A DNA stretch of 64,000 bases. Origin: the human T2T-CHM13v2.0 reference genome, Homo sapiens. Both the position numbers and the translations under genes were made by a program. Of the stretch, positions 1-15,669 are shown in pieces (position 1 is the first letter of the stretch; every line of letters begins with the position of its first letter). The notes beneath the pieces were generated by a model. The model had not been told where the DNA came from, did no database searches, and saw only the letters and a list, made by a program, of their open reading frames with translations. The DNA lies in the NCBI RefSeq assembly GCF_009914755.1, contig NC_060933.1; one strand, 5' to 3'.

Positions 1-3000
1 AATGCAATGGAATGGAATCATCCGGAATGGAATGGAATGGAATGGAATGCAAAACAATGGAATCAACTCGATTGCAATGGAATGGAATGGAATGGAAATG
101 AATAAAATGGAATCAACCCGAGTGGAATGGAATGGAAAGGACTGGAATGGAGTGGAAAGGAATGGAACGGAATGGAATGGAATCAACTCGATTGGAATGG
201 AGTGGAATGGAATTTGAATGGAATGGAATGGAATGGAATGGAATGGAATGGAATTAACCCGAATAGAATGGAATGGAATGGAATGGAATGGAACGGTATG
301 GAATGGAATGGAATGGAATGGAATAGAATGGAATGGAATCAACCCGACTGCACGGGAATGGAATGGAATGGAATGCAATGGAATGGAATCATCCGGAATG
401 GAATGGAAAGGAATGGAATGGAATGGAATGGTATTGAATGGAATGGAATGGAATCAACACGATTGCAATCGAATGGAATTGAATGGAATTAACCCGAATG
501 GAATGGAATGGAATGGAATGGAATGGAATTAACCCGATGCAATGGAATGGAATGGAATGGAATGGAAACATACCGAATGGAATGGAATGTATTGGAGTGT
601 AAGGGAATTGAATAGAATCAGTCCGAATGTAATGGAAGGGAATGGAATGAAATGGAATGGAATGGAATGGAATGGAATGGAATGGAATCAAACCGAGTGC
701 AATGGAATGGATTCGAATGGAATGGAATGGAATGGAATGGATTCAACAAGAATGGAATGGAAAGGAATGGTATCAACCCGACTGTAATGGCATGGAATGG
801 AATGGAATGGAATGGGATGGAATGGAATGGTACGGAATAGAATGGAATGGAATGAAATGGAATGGAATGGAATGGAATGGAATGGAATGGAATGGAATGA
901 ACCCGTGTGCAATGTAATGGAATGGAATGGAATGGAATGGATTCAACTCGAAAGGTATCAACTCGATTGCAATGGAATGGAATGGAGTGGAAAGGAATAG
1001 AATGGAATCAACCCGAGTGGAATGGATTGGAAAGGACTGGAATGGAGTGGAATGGAATGGAATGGAATGGAATTAAATCGATTGGAATGGAATGGAATGG
1101 AATGGAATGGAATGAAATGGAATGGAATCAACTCGACTGCAATGGAATGGAATGGAATGGAAAGGAATAGAATGGAATCAACCCGAGTGGAATGGAATGG
1201 AAAGGACTGGAATGGACTGGAATGGAATGGAATGGAATGGAATCAAATCGATTGGAATGGAATGGAATGGAATGGAATGGAGTCGAATCAACTAGATTGC
1301 AATGGAATGGAATGGAATGGAATGGAATGGAATGGAATGGAATGGAATGGAATAGAATTTACCGGAATAGAATGGAATGGAATGGAATGGAACGGAATGT
1401 AATGTAATGAAATGGAATGGAATCAACCCGAGTGCAGGGGAATGGAATGGAATGGAATGCCATGGAATGCAATCATCCGGAATGGAATGGAATGGAATGG
1501 AATGGAATGGAATGGAATCAACTCGATTGCAATGGAGTGGAATGGAATGGAAAGGAAAGGAAGGGAATGGAATGGAATGTAATCAACCCGAGTGCAGGGG
1601 AATGGAATGGAATGGAATGCAATGGAATGGAGTCATCCGGAATGGAATGGAATGGAATGGAATGCAATCAACCCGATGGAATGGAATGGAGTGGAATGCA
1701 ATGGAATGGAATGGAAACATCCCGAATGGAATGTAATGTAATGGAGTGTAAAGGAATTGAATAGAATCAATCCGAATGTATTGGAGAGGAATGGAATGAA
1801 ATGGAATGGAATGGAATGGAATGGAATGGAATGGAATCAACCGGAGTGCAATGGAATGGATTCGAATGGAATGGAATGGAATGGAATGGAATGGATTCAA
1901 CAAGAATGGAATGGAAAGGAATGGAATCAACCAGAGTGTAATGGCATGGAATGGATTGGAATGGAATGGAATGGGATGGAATGGAATGGTACGGAATAGA
2001 ATGGAATGGAATGAAATGGAATGGAATGGAATTTAATGGAATGGAATGGAATGAACCCGTGTGCAATGGAATGGAATGGAATGGAATGGAATGGATTCAA
2101 CTCGAATGGAATCAACTCGATTGCAATGGAATGGAATGGAATGGAAAGGAATAGAATGGAATCAACCCGAGTGGAATGGAATGCAAAGGACTGGAATGGA
2201 GTGGAATGGAATGGAAGGGAATTAACCCGAATAGAATGGAATGGAATGGAATGGAACGGAATGTAATGGAATGGAATGGAATGGATTCAACCCGAGTGCA
2301 GGGGAATGGAATGGAATGGAATGCAATGGAATGGTATCATCCGGAATGGAATGGAATGGAATGGAATGGAATGGAATCAACTCGATTTCAATTGGAATGG
2401 AATGGAATAGAATGGAATGGAATTAACACGAATAGAATGGAATGGAATGGAATGGAATTGAATGGAACGGAGAGGAATGGAATGGAAAGGAATGGAATCA
2501 ACCCAAGTGCAGGGGAATGGAATGGAATGGAATTCAGTGGAATGGAATCATCCGGAATGGAATGGAATGGAATGGAATGGAATGGAATGGAATGGAATTA
2601 ACCCGAATGCAATGGAATGGAGAGGAATGGAATGGAATGGAATGGAAACTACCCGAATGGAATGGAATGTAATGGAGTGTAAGGGAATTGAGTAGAATCA
2701 ATCCGAATGGAATGGAATGGAATGGAATGGAATGGAACGGAATGGAATGGAATGGAATGGAATGGAATGGAATGCAATGGAATGGAATCAACACGAGTGC
2801 AATCGAATGGAATCGAACGGAATGGAATGCAATGGAATGGATTCAACTTGAATGGAATGGAAAGAATGGAATCAACACGAGTGGAATGGCATGGAATGGA
2901 ATGGAATGGAATGGAATCAACCCGAGTACAGGGTAATGGAATGGAATGCAATGCAATGGAATGGAATCATCCGTAATGGAATGGAACGGAATGGAATGGA

Positions 3001-6000
3001 ATGGAATGGAATGGAATGGAATGGAATGGAATGGAATCAACTCGATTGCAATCGAATGGAATGGAATGGAATTAACCCGAATAGAATGGAATGGAATGGA
3101 ATGGAACGTAACGGAATGGAATGGAATGGAATGGAATGGAATGGAACGGAACGGAATGGAATGGAATGGGATGGAATGGAACGGAATCAACGCGAGTGCA
3201 GGGGAATGGAATGGAATGGAATGCAATGGAATGTAATCTTCCGGAATGGAATGGAATGGAATGGAATGAAATGCAATGGATTCAACTCGATTGCAATGGA
3301 ATGGAATAGAATGGAATGGAATGGAATGGAATGGAATGGAATGGAATTAATACGAGTACAATGGAATGGAATGGAACGGAACGGAATGGAACGGAATGGA
3401 ATGGAATGGAATGGAATGGAATGGAATGGTATGGAATGGAATGGAATGGAATCAACTCGATTTTAATGGAATGGAATGGAATGGAATGGAATGGAATGGA
3501 ATGGAATGGAATGGAATTGACCCGAATACAATGGAATGGAATGGAATGGAACGGAATGGAGTGGAATGGAATGGAATCAACCTGAGTGAAGGGGAATGGA
3601 ATGCAATGGAATGCAATGGAATGGAATCATCCGGAATGGAATGGAATGGAATGGAACGCAATGAAAACAATGGAATCAACTCGATTGGAATGGAGTGGAA
3701 TGGAATTTGAATGGAATGGAATGGAATGGAATGCAATGGAATGGAATGGAATTAACCCGAATAGAATGGAATGGAATGGAATGGAATGGAACGGAACGGA
3801 ATGGAATGGAATGGAATGGAATGGAATCAACCCGACTACACGGGAATGGAATGGAATGGAATGCAATGGAATGGAATCATCCGGAACGGAATGGAATGGA
3901 ATGGAATGGAATCAACTAGATTGCAATGGAATGGAATGGAATGGAATGGAATGGAATGGAGTGGAATGGAATGGGATTAACCCGAATAGAATGGAATGGA
4001 ATGGAATGGAAAGGAATGGAAGGGAATGGAATGGAATGTAATGAACCCGAGTGCAGGGGAATGGGATGGAATTGAATGCAATGGAATGGAATCATCCGGA
4101 ATGGAATGGAATGGAATGGAATGGAATCAACCCGATGCAATGGAATGGAATGGAATGGAATGGAATGGAATGGAATGGAATGGAATGGAAACATCCCGAA
4201 TGGAATGGAATGTAATGGAGTGTAAGGGAATTGAATAGAATCAGTCTGAATGTAATGGAAGGGAATGGAATGAAATGGAATAGAATGGAATGGAATGGAA
4301 TCAAACCGAGTGCAATGGAATGTATTCGAATGGAATGGAATGGAATGGAATGGATTCAACAAGAATGGAATGGAAAGGAATGGAATCAACCCGAGTGTAA
4401 TGGCATGGAATGGAATGGAATGGAATGGGATGTAATGGAATGGTACGGAATAGAATGGAATGGAATGAAATGGAGTGGAATGGAGTGGAATGGAATGGAA
4501 TGGAATGGAATGGAAAGAACCCGTGTGCAATGTAATGGAATGGAATGGAATGGAATGAATTCAACTCGAAAGGAATCAACTCGATTGCAATGGAATGGAA
4601 TGGAATGGAAAGGAATAGAATGGAATCAACCCCAGTGGAATGGAATGGAATGGAATGGGAAGGAATAGAATGGAATCAACCCGAGTGGAATGGAATGGAA
4701 AGGACTGGAATGGAGTGGAATGGAATGGAATGGAATGGAATCAAATCGATTGGAATGGAATGGAATGGAATGGAATGGAATAGAATGGAATGGAATCAAC
4801 TCGATTGGAATGGAATGGAATTGAATGGAATGGAATGGAATTAACCTGAATAGAATGGAATGAAATGGAATGGAACGGAATGTAATGGAATGAAATGGAA
4901 TGGAATCAATCCGAGTGCAGGGGAATGGAATGGAATGGAATGCAATGGAATGCAATCATCCGGAATGGAATGGAATGGAATGGAATGGAATCAACTCGAT
5001 TGCAATGGAGTGGAATGGAATGGAAAGGAATGAAAGGGAATGGAATGGAATGTAATCAACCCGAGTGCAGGGGAATGGAATGGAATGGAATGCAATGGAA
5101 TGGAATCATCCGGAATGGAATGGAATGGAATGGAATGCAATCAACCTGATGCAGTGGAATGGAGTGGAATGCAATGGAATGGAATGGAATGGAATGGAAC
5201 GGAACCGAACGGGATGGAATGGAATGGAATGGAATGGAATGGAATCAACGCGAGTGCAGGGGAATGGAATGGAATGGAATGCAATGGAAAGGAATCTTCC
5301 AGAATGGAATGGAATGGAATGGAATGGAATGGAATGGAATGGAATGGAATCAACCCGAGTGCAACGGAATGGAGTGGAATGGAATGGAATGGAATGGAAT
5401 GGAAACATCGCGAATGGAATGGAATGTAATGGAGTGTAAGGGAATTGAATAGAATCAACCCGAATGTAATGGAATGGATTGGAATGAAATGGAATGGAAT
5501 GGAATGGAATGGAATCAACCCGAGTGCAATGGAATGGATTCGAAAGGAATGGAATGGAATGGAATGGATTCAACAAGAATGCAATGCAAAGGAATGGAAT
5601 CAACCCGAGTGTAATGGCATGGAATGGAATATAATGGAATGGAATGGGATGGAATGGAATGGAATGGAATATAATGGGATGGAATGGAATGGTACGGAAT
5701 AGAATGGAATGGAATGAAATGGAATGGAATGGAATTTAATGGAATGGAATGGAATGAACACGTGTGCAATGTAATGGAATGGAATGGAATGGAATGGATT
5801 CAACTCGAATGGAATCAACTCGATTGCAATTTAATGGAATGGAATGGAAAGGAATAGAATGGAATCAACTCGAGTGGAATGGAATGCAAAGCACTGGAAT
5901 GGAGTGGAATGGAATGGAATGGAATTAACCCGAATAGAATGGAATGGAATGGAATGGAACGGAATGTAATGGAATGGAATGGAATGGATTCAACCCGAGT

Positions 6001-7560
6001 GCAGGGGAATGGAATGGAATGGAATGAAATGGAATGGAATCATCCAGAATGGAATGGAATGGAATGGAATGGAATCAACTCGATTTCAATGGAATGGAAT
6101 GGAATAGAATGGAATGGCATTAACACGAATAGAATGGAATGGAATGGAATGGAATGGAATTATCCCGAATAGAACGGAATGGAATGGAATGGAACGGAAT
6201 GGAACGGAATGGAATGGAATGGAATGGAATGGAATGGAGTGGAATGGTATGGAATGGAATGGAATGGAATCAACTCGAGTGTAATGGAATGGAATGGAAT
6301 GGAATGGAATGGAATGGAATGGAATTAACCCGAATACAATGGAATGGAATAGAATGGAACGGAATGGAGTGGAATGGAATGGAATCAACCTGAGTGCAGG
6401 GGAATGGAATGGAATGGAATGCAATGGAATGGAATCATCCGGAATGGAATGCAATGGAATGGAATGCAAAACAATGGAATCAACTCGATTGCAATGGAAT
6501 GGAATGGAATAGAAATGAATAGAATGGAATCAACCCGAGTGGAATGTAATGGAAAGGACTGGAATGGAGTGGAATGGAATGGAACGGAATGGAATGGAAT
6601 CAACTCGATTGGAATGGAGTGGAAAGGAATTTGAATGGAATGGAATGGAATGGAATGGAATGGAATGGAATGGAATTAACCCGAATAGAATGGAATGGAA
6701 TGGAATGGAATGGAACGGAACAGAATGGAGTGGAATGGAATGGAATGGAATGGAATCAACCCGACTGCACGGGAATGGAATGGAATGGAATGCAATGGAA
6801 TGGAATCATCTGGAACGGAATGGAATGGAATGGAATGGAATCAACTCGATTGGAATGGAATGGAATGGAATGGAATGGAATGGAATGGAATGGAGTGGAA
6901 TGGAATGGAATTAACCCGAATAGAATGGAATGGAATGGAATGGAAAGGAATGGAAGGGAATGGAATGGAATGTAATGAACCCGAGTGCAGGGGAATGGAA
7001 TGGAATTGAATGCAATGGAATGGAATTGAATGCAATGGAATGGAATCATCCGGAATGGAATGGAATGGAATGGAATGGAATGGAATGATCCCGATGCAAT
7101 GGAATGGAATGGAATGGAATGGAATGGAATGGAAACATCCCGAATGGAATGGAATGTAATAGAGTGTAAGGGAATTGAATAGAATCAGTCCGAATGAAAT
7201 GGAAGGGAATGGAATGAAATGGAATGGAATGGAATGGAATGGAATCAAACCGAGTGCAATGGAATGGATTCGAATGGAATGGAATGGATTCGAATATAAT
7301 GGAATGGAATGGAATGGATTAAACAAGAATGGAATGGAAAGGAATGGAATCAACCCGAGTGTAATGGCATGGAATGGAATGGAATGGAATGGGATGGAAT
7401 GGAATGGTACGGAATAGAATGGAATGGAATGAAATGGAATGGAATGGAATGGAATGGAATGGAATGGAATGGAATGGGATGGAATGTAATGGTACGGAAT
7501 AGAATGGAATGGAATGAAATGGAATGGAATGGAATGGAATGGAATGGAATGGAACGGAAT
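1..7560 (+). repeat. Older mosaic sub-domain with diverged ~1.2-kb and ~3.6-kb internal repeats
   Basis: Marker TTCAACAAGAAT at ~742, ~1896, ~4355, ~5569 (variant at ~7320): offsets ~1154/1214 and ~3613/3673. Markers AAAACAATGG and GAATTTGAATG at ~51/210, ~3664/3703 and ~6468/6627. Confidence 0.75.
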
Positions 7561-7599
7561 GGAATGGAATCAACTCGATTGCAATGTAATGTAATGTAA

Positions 7600-10500
7600 T
7601 GGAATGGAATGGAATTAACGCGAATAGAATGGAACAGATTGGAATGGAATGGAATGGAATGGAATCAATCTGAGTGCAGGGGAATGGAATGGAATGGAAT
7701 GCAATGGAATGGAATGGAATGCAATGCAATGGAATCAACTCGATTGCATTGGGATGGAATGGAATGGAATGGAATTAACCTGAACAGAATGGAATGGAAT
7801 GGAATGGAACGGAACGAAATGGAATGGAATGGAATGGAATGGAATGGAATGGAATGGAATGGAATGCAATGCAATGCAATGGAATGGGATCAACCCGAGT
7901 GCAGGGGAATGGAATGGAATGAAATGCAATGGAATGGAGTCATCCGGAATGGAATGGAATGGAATGGAATGGAATGGAAAGGAATCAATCAACCCGAGTG
8001 TAATAGAATGCAGTCGGAAGGAATGGAATTGAATGGAAAGTACCCGAATGGAATGGAATGAAATGGAGTGTAAGGGAATTAAAAAGAATCAATCCGAATG
8101 TAATGGAATGGAATGGAATGGAATGGAATGGAATGGAATGGATTGGAATGGAATGGAATGGAATGAAATGGAATGGCATGGAATGGAAAGGAATCAACCC
8201 GAGTGCAATGGAATGGAATCGAATGGAATGGAATGGAATGGAATGGATTCAACCCGAATGGAATGGAAAGGAATGGAATAAACCCGAGTGAAATGGCTTG
8301 GAAGGGAATGGAATGGAATGGAATGGTACAGAATAGAATGGAATGGAATGAAATGAAATGGAATGGAATGGAATTGAATGGAATGGAATCGAATGGAATA
8401 GAATGGAATGAACACGTGTGAAATGGAATGGAATGGAATGGAATGGAATGGGTTCAACTCGAATAGAATGGAAAGGAATGGAATCAACCCGAGTGGAATG
8501 GCATGGAACGGAATGAAATGGAATGGAATGGAATGGAATGGAATGAAATGGAATGGAATGGAAGGGAATGGAATGGAATGGAATGGAAGGGAATGTAATG
8601 GAATGGAATGGAATGGAATTAACCCGAATAGAATGGAATGGAATGGAATGGAATGGAATGGAATCAACTCGATTTCAATGGAATGGAATGGAAAGGAATG
8701 GAATGGAATGAAAGGGAATGGAATGGAATGGAATGAAATTAACCCTAATGGAATGGAATGGAATGGAATGGAATGGAATGGAATGGAATGGAATGGAATG
8801 GAATCCACCCGAGTGCAGGGGAGTGGAATGGAATGGAATGCAATGGAATGGAATCATACGGAATGGAATGGAATGGAATGGAATGGATTCAACCCGAATG
8901 GAATGGAACGGAATGGAATCAACCAGACTGGAATGACATGGAATGGAGTGGAATGGAATGGAATGGAATGGTTCGGAATAGAATGGAATGGAACGAAATG
9001 GAATGGAATGGAATGGAATGGAATGGAATCAACCTGAGTGCAATGGAATGGAGTGGAATGGAATGTAATGGAATGGAAACAACTCGAATGGAATAGAATG
9101 TAATGGAGTGTAAGGGAATTGAGTACAATCAATCCGAATGTAATGGAATGGAATGGAACGGAATGGAATGGAATGGAATGCAGTGGAATGGAATCATACC
9201 TAGTGCAATGGAATGGAATGGAATGGAATGGAATGGAATGGAATGGAATGGAATGGATTGGATTCAACCCAAATGGAATGGAAAGCAATGGAATCATCCC
9301 GAGTGGAATGGCATGGAATGGAATGGAATGAAATGGAATGGAATGGAATGGTACGGAATAGAATGGAATGGAACGAAATGGAATGGAATGGAAAGGAACG
9401 GAATGGAATGGAATCAACTCGATTGCAATGTAATGGAATGGAATGGATTGGAATGGAATTAACGCGAATAGAATGGAACGGAATGGAATGGAATGGAATG
9501 GAATGGAATCAACTCGATTGAAATGGAATGGAATGGAATGGAATGGAATGGAATCAATCTGAGTGCAGGGGAATGGAATGGAATGGAATGCAATGGAATG
9601 GAATGGAATGGAATGCAATGGAATCAACTCGATTGCAATGGGATGGAATGGAATGGAATGGAATGGAATTAACCTGAACAGAATGGAATGGAATGAAATG
9701 GAACGGAACGTAATGGAATGGAATGGAATGGAATGGAATGCAATGCAATGCAATGGAATGGGATCAACCCGAGTGCAGGGGAATGGAATGGAATGGAATG
9801 CAATGGAATGGAGGCATCCGGAATGGAATGGAATGGAATGGAATGCAATGGAATGGAATCAATCAACCCGAGTGCAATAGAATGCAGTGGAAAGGAATGG
9901 AATGGAATGGAAAGTACCCGAATAGAAAGGAATGAAATGGAGTGTAAGGGAATTAAAAAGAATCAATCCGAATGTAATGGAATGGAATGGAACGGAATGG
10001 AATGGAATGGAATGGATTGGAATGGAATGGAATGGAATGAAATGGAATGGCATGGAATGGAATGGAATCAACCCGAGTGCAATGGAATGGAATCGAATGG
10101 AATGGAATGGAATGGAATGGATTCAACCCGAATGGAATGGAAAGGAATGGAATAAACCCGAGTGAAATTGCATGGAAGGGAATGGAATGGAATGGAATGG
10201 TACGGAATAGAATGGAATGGAAAGAAATGGAATGGAATGGAGTGGAATGGAATGGAATGGAATAGAATGGAATGAACCCGTGTGCAATGGAATGGAATGG
10301 AATGGAATGGAATGGAATTGAATGGGTTCAACTCGAATAGAATGGAAAGGAATGGAATCAACCCGAGTGGAATGGCATGAAACGGAATGAAATGGAATGA
10401 AATGGAATGGAATGGAATGGAATGGAATAAAATGGAATGGAATGGAATGGAATGAAACGGAATGGAATGGAATGGAATGGAATGGAATGGAATGCAATGC

Positions 10501-11090
10501 AATGGAATGGGATCAACCCAAGTGCAGGGGAATGGAATGGAATGGAATGCAATGGAATGGAGTCATCCGGAATGGAATGGAATGGAATGCAATGCAATGG
10601 AATGGAATCAATCAACCCGAGTGCAATAGAATGCAGTGGAAAGGAATGGAATGGAATGGAAAGTACCCGAATGGAATGGAATGAAATGGAGTGTAAGGGA
10701 ATTAAAAAGAATCAATCCGAATGTAAAGGAATGGAATGGAACGGAATGGAATGGAATGGAATGGAATGGAATGGATTGGAATGGAATGGAATGGAATGAA
10801 ATGGAATGGCATGGAATGGAATGGAATCAACCCGAGTGCAATGGAATGGAATGGAATGGAATGGAATGGAATGGAATGGAATGGAATGGAATGTATTCAA
10901 CCCGAATGGAATGGAAAGGAATGGAATAAACCCGAGTGAAATTGAATGGAAGGGAATGGAATGGAATGGAATGGTAAGGAATAGAATGGAATGGAAAGAA
11001 ATGGAATGGAATGGAATGGAATGGAATGGAATGGAATGGAATGGAATAGAATGGAATGAACCCGTGTGGAATGGAATGGAATGGAATGGA
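7600..11090 (+). repeat. Sub-domain with three copies of a block marked by GAATCAATCAACCCG / AAGTACCCG / GAATTAAAAAGAATC
   Basis: AAAAAG marker at 8081, 9955 and 10704 (offsets 1874 and 749). ORF pairs 8058/9932 and 7985/9859 show the same 1874 offset. These markers were not seen elsewhere. Confidence 0.8.
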
Positions 11091-11990
11091 ATGGAATTAA
11101 TGCGAATAGAATGGATTGGAATGGAATGGAACGGAATGGAATGGAATGGAATGGAATGGAATGGAATCAAACTGAGTGCAGGGGAATGGAATGGAATGGA
11201 ATGGAATAGAATGGAATGGAATGGAAGGGAATGGAATGGAATGGAATTAACCTGAACAGAATGGAATGGAATGGAATGGAACGGAATGGAATGGAATGGA
11301 ATGGAATGGAATCTACCCGAGTTCAGGGGAATGGAATGGAATGCAATGCAATGGAATGGAATCATCCGTAATGGAATAGAAAGGAATGGAATGGAATGGA
11401 ATGGAATGGAATGGAATGGAATGGAATGGAATCAACTCGATTTCAATCGAATGGCATGGAATGGAATTAACCCGAATAGAATGGAATGGAATGGAATGGA
11501 ACGGAACGGAATGGAATGGAATGGAATGGAATGGAATGGAATCAACGCGAGTGCAGGGGAATGGAATGGAATGGAATGGAATGGAACGGAACGGAACGGA
11601 ACGGAACGGAATGGAATGGAATGGAATGGAATGGAACTGAATGGAATGGAATGGAATGGAATTGAATGGAATTAACCCGAATAGAATGGAATGGAATGGA
11701 ATGGAACGGAACGGAATGGAATGGAATGGAATGGAATGGAATGGAATGGAATGGAATCAACCCGACTGCAGGGGAATGGAATGGAATGGAATGCAATGGA
11801 ATGGATTCAACTTGAATGGAATGGAAAGAATGGAATCAACACGAGTGGAATGGCATGGATTGGAATGGAAGGGAATGGAATCAAACCGAGTACAGGGGAA
11901 TGGAATGGAATGGAATGCAATGGAATGGAATCATCCGTAATGGAATAGAAAGGAATGGAATGGAATGGAATGGAATGGAATGGAATCAAC

Positions 11991-12004
11991 TCGATTGCAA
12001 TCGA
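11991..12004. other. Perfect 14-bp palindrome TCGATTGCAATCGA, representative of ~35-40 copies
   Basis: The sequence equals its own reverse complement. Also at 3042-3055, ~12809, ~13533, ~14940, ~15709 and onward to ~63842. Confidence 0.9.
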
Positions 12005-15000
12005 ATGGAATGGAATGGAATTAACCCGAATAGAATGGAATGGAATGGAATGGAACGGAACGGAATTGAATGGAATGGAATGGAATGGAATGGAATAGAA
12101 TGGAACCGAAAGGAATGGAATGGAATGGAATGGACTGGAATGGAATGGAATCAACGCTAGTGCAGGGGAATGGAATGGAATGGAATGCAATGGAATGGAA
12201 TCTTTCGGAATGGAATGGAATGGAATCAACCCGAGTGCAATGGTATGGAGTGGAATGGAATGGAACAACCCGAATGGAATGGAATGGAATGGAGAGTAAA
12301 GGAGTTGAATAGAATCAATCCGAATGTAATGGAATGTAATGGAACGGAATGGAATTGAATGGAATGGAATGGAATGCAATGGAATGGAATCAACCCGAGT
12401 GCAATGGAATGGAGAGGAATGGAATGGAATGGAATGGAAACTACCCGAATGGAATGGAATGGAATGCAGTGTAAGGGAATTGAATAGAATCAATCCGAAT
12501 GTAATGGAATGGAACGGAATGGAATGGAATGGAATGGAATGGAATGGAATGGAATGCAATGGAATGGAATCAACCCGAGTGCAATCGAATGGAATCCAAT
12601 GGAATGGAATGCAATGGAATGGATTCAACTTGAATGGAATGGAAAGAATGGAATCAACCCGAGTGGAATGGCATGGATTGGAATGGAATGGAATGGAATC
12701 AACCCGAGTACAGGGGAATGGAGTGGAATGGAATGCAATGGAATGGAATCATCCGTAATGGAATGGAAAGGAATGGAATGGAATGGAATGGAATGGAATG
12801 GAATCAACTCGATTGCAATCGAATGGAATGGAATGGAATTAACCCGAATAGAATGGAATGGAATGGAATGGAACGGAACAGAATGGAATGGAATGGAATG
12901 GAACGGAACGGAACAGAACGGAATGGAATGTAATGGAATGGAATGGAATCAACGTCAGTGCAGGGGAATGGAATGCAATGGAATGCAATGGAATGGAATC
13001 TTCCGGAATGGAATGGAATGGAATGGAATGGAATGAAATGCAATGGATTCAACTCGACTGCAATGGAATGGAATAGAATGGAATGGAATGGAATGGAATG
13101 GAATGGAATTAACCCGAATAGAATGGAATGGAATGGAATGGAATGGAACTGAATGGATTGGAATTGAATGGAATGGAATAGAATGGAATGGAATTAACCC
13201 GAATAGAATGGAATGGAATGGAATGGAACGGAACGGAATGGAATGGAATGGAATGGAATGGAATGGAATGGAATGGAATCAACCCGACTTCAGGGGAATG
13301 GAATGGAATGGAATGCAATGGAATAGATTCAACTTGAATGGAATGGAAAGAATGGAATCAACACGAGTGGAATGGCATGGATTGGAATGGAAGGGAATGG
13401 AATCAACCCGAGTACAGGGGAATGGAATGGAATGGAATGCAATGGAATGGAATCATCCGTAATGGAATAGAAAGGAATGGAATGGAATGGAATGGAATGG
13501 AATGGAATGGAATGGAATGGAATGGAATCAACTCGATTGCAATCGAATGGAATGGAATGGAATTAACCCGAATAGAATGAAATGGAATGGAATGGAACGG
13601 AACGGAATGGAATGGAATGGAATGGAATGGAATGGAATGGAACCGAAAGGAATGGAATGGAATGGAATGGAGTGGAATGGAATGGAATCAACGTGAGTGC
13701 AGGGGAATGGAATGGAATGGAATGCAATGGAGTGGCATCTTCCGGAATGGAATGGAAAGGAATGGAATGGAATGGAACGGAATCAACCCGAGTGCAATGG
13801 AATGGAGTGGAATGGAATGGAACAACCCGAATGGAATGGAATGTAATGGAGCGTAAGGGAGTTGAATAGAATCAATCCGAATGTAATGGAATGGAATGGA
13901 ACGGAATGGAATTGAATGGAATGGAATGGAATGCAATGGAATGGAATCAACCGGAGTGCAATGGAATGGAGAGGAATGGAATGGAATGTAATGGAAACTA
14001 CCCGAATGGAATGGAATGGGATGCAGTGTAAGGGAATTGAATAGAATCAATCCGAATGTAATGGAATGGAACGGAATGGAATGGAATGGAATGGAATGGA
14101 ATGGAATGGAACGCAATGGAATGGAATCTTCTGGAATGGAATGGAATGGAATGGAATGGAATGAAATGCAATGGATTCAACTCGACTGCAATGGAATGGA
14201 ATAGAATGGAATGGAATGGAATGGAATGGAATGGAATTAACCCGAATAGAATGGAATGGAATGGAATGGAACGGAATGGAACTGAATGGAATGGAATGGA
14301 ATGGAATGGTATGGAATTGAATGGAATGGTACGGAATAGAATGGAATGGAACGAATTGTAATGGAATGGAATTGAATGGAATGGAATGGAATGGAATGGA
14401 ATCAACGCGAGTGCAGGGGAATGGAATGGAACGGAATGCAATGGAATGGAATCATCCGGAATGTAATGGAATGGAATGGAAAGGAATGGAATGGAATCAA
14501 CCCGAGTGCAATGGAATGGAGTGGAATGGAATGGAATGGAATGGAACAACCCGAATGGAATGTAATGTAATGGAGTGTAAGGGAATTGAATAGAATGAAT
14601 CCGAATGGAATGGAATGGAATGGAAAGGAATGGAATGGAATGGAATGGAATGGAATGGAAAGGAATGGAATGGAATGGAATGCAATGCCATGGAATCAAC
14701 ACGAGTGCAAACGAATGGAATCGGATGGAATGGAATGCAATGGAATGGATTCATCTTGAATGGAATGGAAAGAATGGAATCAACACGAGTGGAATGGCAT
14801 GGATTGGAATGGAATGGAATGGAATCAACCCGAGTACAGGGGAAAGGAATGGAATGGAATGGAATGGAATGGAATCATCCGTAATGTAATGGAAAGGAAT
14901 GGAATGGAATGGAATGGAATGGAATGGAATGGAATCAACTCGATTGCAATCGAATGGAATGGAATGGAATTAACCCGAATAGAATGGAATGGAATGGAAT

Positions 15001-15140
15001 GGAATGGAACGGAACGGAATGGAATGGAATGGAATGGAACGGAACGGAACGGAATGGAATGGAATGGAATGGAGTGGAATGGAATGGAATGGAATCAACG
15101 CGAGTGCAGGGGAATGGAATGGAATGGAATGCAATGGAAT

Positions 15141-15155
15141 GGAATCTTCCGGAAT
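15141..15155. promoter_or_regulatory. Perfect three-unit heat shock element (nGAAnnTTCnnGAAn), representative of ~40 copies
   Basis: gGAAt-cTTCc-gGAAt matches the canonical HSF1 trimer site. Other copies start at 5291, 12995, 23121, 40161, 48431, 50651 and 57501, among others. The motif match is direct; function is inferred. Confidence 0.6.
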
Positions 15156-15669
15156 GGAATGGAATGGAATGGAATGGAATGAAATGCAATGGATTCAACT
15201 CGATTGCAATGGAATGGAATAGAATGGAATGGAATGGAATGGAATGGAATGGAATTAACCCGAATAGAATGGAATGGAATGGAATGGAACGGAATGGAAC
15301 GGAATGGAATGCAATGGAATGGAATGGAATGGAATGGAACGGAATGGAATGGAATGGAATTAACCCGAATAGAATGGAATGGAATGGAATGGAACGGAAT
15401 GGAACGGAATGGAATGGAATGGAATGGAATGGAATGGTATGTAATGGAATGGAATGGTACGGAATAGAATGGAATGGAACGAATTGTAATGGAATGGAAT
15501 TGAATGGAATGGAATGGAATGGAATGGAATCAACGCGAGTGCAGGGGAATGTAATGGAACGGAATGCAATGGAATGGAATCATCCGGAATGAATGGAATG
15601 GAATGGAATGGAATGGAATCAACCCGAGTGCAATGGAATGGAGTGGAATGGAATGGAATGGAATGGAAT

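Noticed and set aside
1436-1441. G-quadruplex potential at CAGGGG motifs
   Set aside because: Runs of three or more G are isolated, typically far apart, so no canonical four-tract G4 motif is formed.
1-6150. DYZ1 (chrY ~3.6-kb HSat3 unit) suggested by the ~3.6-kb offset
   Set aside because: The offset is not maintained along the window, and the CAACCCGAGT/pHuR98-type vocabulary points to a different subfamily.
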